In this document: positions 60,852-64,000 of the stretch, in pieces
Position numbering within the stretch: the stretch's first letter is position 1
Layout: each line of letters opens with the position of its first letter
Assembly: GCA_965199715.1 (NCBI GenBank)
Contig: OZ241322.1
Location: 896,001-960,000, forward strand
DNA: 64,000 nucleotides
Source: Vicinamibacteria bacterium
GTDB lineage: Bacteria > Acidobacteriota > Vicinamibacteria > Marinacidobacterales > Marinacidobacteraceae
Direction of reading: 5' to 3'
The notes under the pieces: model-generated
What the model was told of the DNA's origin: nothing
What the model saw: only the letters and a program-made list of their open reading frames with translations
The model's database searches: none
Made by a program: the position numbers and the translations under genes

Positions 60852-62258
60852 GTGGCGGAAGCGGGACTCCTGACCGTGCTCCCGCCCGTGCTCGCGATCG
60901 TGGTCGCGCTGCTGACCCGGCAGCCGGTGCTGGCGCTCGTCGCCGGAGTGCTGTTCGGGGAGCTGGTCCTCGCCGGCGGAAGCCCGGGGACCGCGCTCGC
61001 CGCGTCGGTGGAACGCGTCGCGGCCGCGTTCTCCGGCAACGCGGAAATCCTGCTGTTCAGCACGCTCGTGGGTTCGGTGCTGGTCCTGGTCGGCCGGATG
61101 GGGGGCGTGGCCGGGTTCGTGCGCTGGTTCGCGGCGAAGAGCGCGGGGGCGAGCGCGCGGGGGGCGCGGCTTCTCGCGCTCGGGCTCGGGCTCGGGGTCT
61201 TCGTCGAGTCGAGCATCACCTGCCTCGTCAGCGGCTCCGTGGCGCGCCCGCTGTTCGACCGCTTCCGCCAGTCGCGCGAGAAGCTGGCCTACCTGACCGA
61301 CTCCACGTCGGCCCCGGTCTGCATCCTGATTCCGATGAACGGCTGGGGCACGACGGTGCTCGCGATCCTCGCGACGCTCGGGGTCGAGAGCGGGATCGCG
61401 CTGCTCGTCGGGAGCATCCCGTTCAACTTCTACGCGCTGGCCGCGGTCGCGCTCGCGTTCTGGTTCGGGATCACGAACCGCAACTTCGGGCCGATGGCGC
61501 GGGCGCAGCGGCGGGCGGCGGAGACCGGGCAGGTGCTTCGGGAGGGCGCGACGCCGCTCGCGTCGAGCGACATTCTCGAGACCGGCGCGAAGGAGGACGT
61601 CCCGCTGCGGGCGATCAACATGGTCCTTCCGCTCGGCGTGATGCTCGGGATGATCTTCGTCTCGCTGTGGATCACCGGCGAGGGGGACCTGCTGGCCGGC
61701 AGCGGCGGGACCTCGGTGCTGTGGGCGGTGCTGACCGCGACCGTGGTCGCCGCGCTCATGGGGCTCGCGCAGGGGATCCTCCGGGTCCGGGAGAGCGTGG
61801 ACCTGATCCTCAAGGGCGCGTCGGGGATGGTGCCGGTGGTCTCGGTGCTGCTCGTGTCGTTCGCGATCGCCGGCGTGGCGCGGGAACTCGGCACCGGCGC
61901 GTATCTGGCGGGGGTCGCCGAAGCGGCGATGCCCGGATGGGCGTTTCCGGCGGTGCTGTTCCTCGTCACCAGCACGGTCGCGTTCTCGACCGGAACCTCG
62001 TGGGGCACGTTCGCGATCATGCTGCCGATCGCGATCCCGGCGGTGGCGGCGCTTGGGGTGGATCCGCGGGTGGTCGTCGCGGCGGTGCTCTCCGGCGGCA
62101 TCTTCGGCGACCACTGCTCGCCGATCTCGGACACGACGATCATCGCGTCCATGGCCTCGGGGTCCGACCTCGTGGATCACGTGAACACCCAGCTTCCGTA
62201 CGCGCTCCTCGGCGCGGCGGTGGCCGTCCTCGCCTTCCTCGTCGCCGGAACGCTCTAG
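60852..62258 (+). CDS. Na+/H+ antiporter NhaC-family protein
   Basis: SREKLAYL.DST, FSTGTSWGTF, GDHCSPISDTTI, HVNTQLPYA. Confidence 0.92.
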   Translation: MAEAGLLTVLPPVLAIVVALLTRQPVLALVAGVLFGELVLAGGSPGTALAASVERVAAAFSGNAEILLFSTLVGSVLVLVGRMGGVAGFVRWFAAKSAGASARGARLLALGLGLGVFVESSITCLVSGSVARPLFDRFRQSREKLAYLTDSTSAPVCILIPMNGWGTTVLAILATLGVESGIALLVGSIPFNFYALAAVALAFWFGITNRNFGPMARAQRRAAETGQVLREGATPLASSDILETGAKEDVPLRAINMVLPLGVMLGMIFVSLWITGEGDLLAGSGGTSVLWAVLTATVVAALMGLAQGILRVRESVDLILKGASGMVPVVSVLLVSFAIAGVARELGTGAYLAGVAEAAMPGWAFPAVLFLVTSTVAFSTGTSWGTFAIMLPIAIPAVAALGVDPRVVVAAVLSGGIFGDHCSPISDTTIIASMASGSDLVDHVNTQLPYALLGAAVAVLAFLVAGTL

Positions 62259-62268
62259 AGTTTCCCGG

Positions 62269-63090
62269 ATGCTCGCCGCGCCGGTCCGGGACGCTCCCGA
62301 ACTCGTTCCCCTCGATCGGGACCATCCCGGGTTCCGCGACCCGGAGTACCGGGCCCGCCGGGACGCGATCGCGCGGCTCGCGCTCGACTGGCGGCCGGGA
62401 GATCCGGCGCCCGAGGTGGGCTACACGGACGACGAGCACGCGGTCTGGCGGCGCGTGCTCGCGGCGCTCCTGGAGCGGCACGCCGAGCTCGCCTGCCGGG
62501 AGTACCGCGTCTGCGCCGACGCGGTGGCGCTGCGGCGGGACCGGATTCCCCAGCTCGAGGAAGTGAACGCCGTCATCCGGCCGCGCACCGGATTCCGGAT
62601 GCTGCCGGTCGCGGGGCTGGTCGAGGCCCGCGCCTTCCTCGCCCGGCTCGCGGACGGCGTCTTCCTTTCGACCCAGTACATCCGCCACTGGAGCCGGCCC
62701 TTCTACACGCCGGAGCCCGACGTGATCCACGAACTCGTGGGACACGCGGCGAGCTTCGCCCACCCCGGCTACTCCGGGCTGAGCCGGCGTTTCGGGCGGG
62801 CGGCGCTCGCCGCGGGCGACGCGGACGTGGAGCGGATCGCGCGCGTGTACTGGTACACGCTCGAGTTCGGCGCGGTCCTCGAGGACGGCGTTCCGAAGGC
62901 CTACGGGGCGGGGCTGCTGTCGTCGGTCGGGGAGCTGGAGCGCCTCCGCACGGCCGAATTGCGCGACTTCGACGTGGAGGAGATCGCGGAGACGCCGTTC
63001 GATCCGACCGACTTCCAGCCGTGGTACTTCCTCGCGCCGACGTTCGAGCGGATGGTCCGGGACGCGTCCCGGTTCCTCGACCGGTTCTGA
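62269..63090 (+). CDS. phhA: Phenylalanine 4-monooxygenase
   Basis: DHPGFRD..YR.RR, TQYIRH...P.YTPEPD.IHEL.GH, YWYT.EFG, AYGAGLLSS.GE. Confidence 0.93.
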   Translation: MLAAPVRDAPELVPLDRDHPGFRDPEYRARRDAIARLALDWRPGDPAPEVGYTDDEHAVWRRVLAALLERHAELACREYRVCADAVALRRDRIPQLEEVNAVIRPRTGFRMLPVAGLVEARAFLARLADGVFLSTQYIRHWSRPFYTPEPDVIHELVGHAASFAHPGYSGLSRRFGRAALAAGDADVERIARVYWYTLEFGAVLEDGVPKAYGAGLLSSVGELERLRTAELRDFDVEEIAETPFDPTDFQPWYFLAPTFERMVRDASRFLDRF

Positions 63091-63094
63091 GCCG

Positions 63095-64000
63095 TCAGAC
63101 CGCCCGCAGGACCACGACCGTCGTGTCGTCGTCGGGGGCGCCGCCCCGGAACTGGCGCGCCTCGGCGAGGATCCGGTCGCAGATCTCGCTGGCCGGGGTC
63201 TCCCGGTCGCGCTCCCGGCGGAGCAGCGCGGCGAGCCGCTTCCTGCCGTAGGGTTCGCCGGCGGGGTTCTCGGACTCGACGACGCCGTCGGTGGAGAGCG
63301 CGAGCAGGTCGCCCTGGTTCAGTTGGACGCCCTGCTCGAAGTAGCGCGGGGACGGAAACAGTCCGACGGGGAGCCCGGCCGCCGGAATCTCCTCGAGCGT
63401 CCCGTCGGCGCGGGCGAGGATGGGCGGCAGGTGGCCGGCGTTGATGTGGACGATGCGGCGCAGCGGCACGTCGAGGACGCCGTAGAAGAGGGTCGCGTAG
63501 CGGTTCGCGCCGACGGATTCGTAGAGCAGCCGGTTGATCCGGCCGAAGATCGCCCGCAGCGCGAGGCTGGACGAGGCGAGCGAGTACACCGACGCGCGCA
63601 GCGCGCCGACGAGCAGGGCCGCCGGGACCCCCTTGCCGGACACGTCCGCCACGGCGATCCCGTAGCGGTCCTCGCCGAGCGGGATGAAGTCGTAGTAGTC
63701 GCCGCCGACCTGGGCGCACGGCTCGTACACGGCGGCGAGGTCCATGCTGTCGAGCCGGGGGGCGGCGCGGGGGAGCAGGTCGTGGAGGACCCGTCCGGCG
63801 ACCTCCAGCTCGGAGACGAGCTGGCGGCGCTCGACCGCCTCCCGGTGGTAGAGGATGCGCTCCAGCGCCGGGGCCGCGCCCGAAGTCCAGGAGCGCAGCA
63901 GCGCCGGCGCGTCCGCGTCGAACGCCTCGGCGTCCTTCGACTCGACGATGAGCGCGCCCAGTCGGCGGCCGCCGGCGCCGAGCACCGGCGCGGCGAGCGC
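63095..64000 (-). CDS. GAF plus PP2C/SpoIIE Ser/Thr phosphatase (5' end outside the window)
   Basis: VGGDYYD, ADVSGKG, NAGH, TDG..E, DDDTT. Confidence 0.92.
   Translation of the reverse strand, partial: ALAAPVLGAGGRRLGALIVESKDAEAFDADAPALLRSWTSGAAPALERILYHREAVERRQLVSELEVAGRVLHDLLPRAAPRLDSMDLAAVYEPCAQVGGDYYDFIPLGEDRYGIAVADVSGKGVPAALLVGALRASVYSLASSSLALRAIFGRINRLLYESVGANRYATLFYGVLDVPLRRIVHINAGHLPPILARADGTLEEIPAAGLPVGLFPSPRYFEQGVQLNQGDLLALSTDGVVESENPAGEPYGRKRLAALLRRERDRETPASEICDRILAEARQFRGGAPDDDTTVVVLRAV

Overview
Very high-GC bacterial chromosomal segment, densely packed, with many ATGA/GTGA gene overlaps. Two GWxTD-domain proteins, an Oar-like TonB-dependent receptor, a VPS10-type protein and DUF5916 suggest Acidobacteriota; this is inferred, not tested. 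Most of the window is housekeeping, envelope and metabolic genes: mltG, thiolase-boxB-boxC, an lpdA-murB-murA-lipB-(E1beta/E2 fusion)-lipA operon, nadE, an ECF sigma module, an OPT transporter, two divergent tRNA-Pro genes, merR-der-HU, coaBC-udg, guaB-secA, ccdA-cytochrome c-TlpA, rnd, nhaC and phhA. Three accessory patches (about 34.1-35.1, 37.2-42.2 and 46.4-47.7 kb) hold an AbrB/PIN toxin-antitoxin pair, an ATPase-PIN chimera, decayed tandem paralogs and a Cys-rich surface lipoprotein. The most notable signals are: an in-frame E1beta-E2 fusion with an internal -10 box and GTG; a repeated -10-like hexamer 6-7 nt before start codons, suggesting leaderless mRNAs; several apparent pseudo-enzymes (S41, S9, class A beta-lactamase-like, PaaI); MurA with Cys-to-Asp and an internally shortened MurB. 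I saw no CRISPR array, integrase, transposase or rRNA. All family calls rest on motif recognition by eye; no database search was run.
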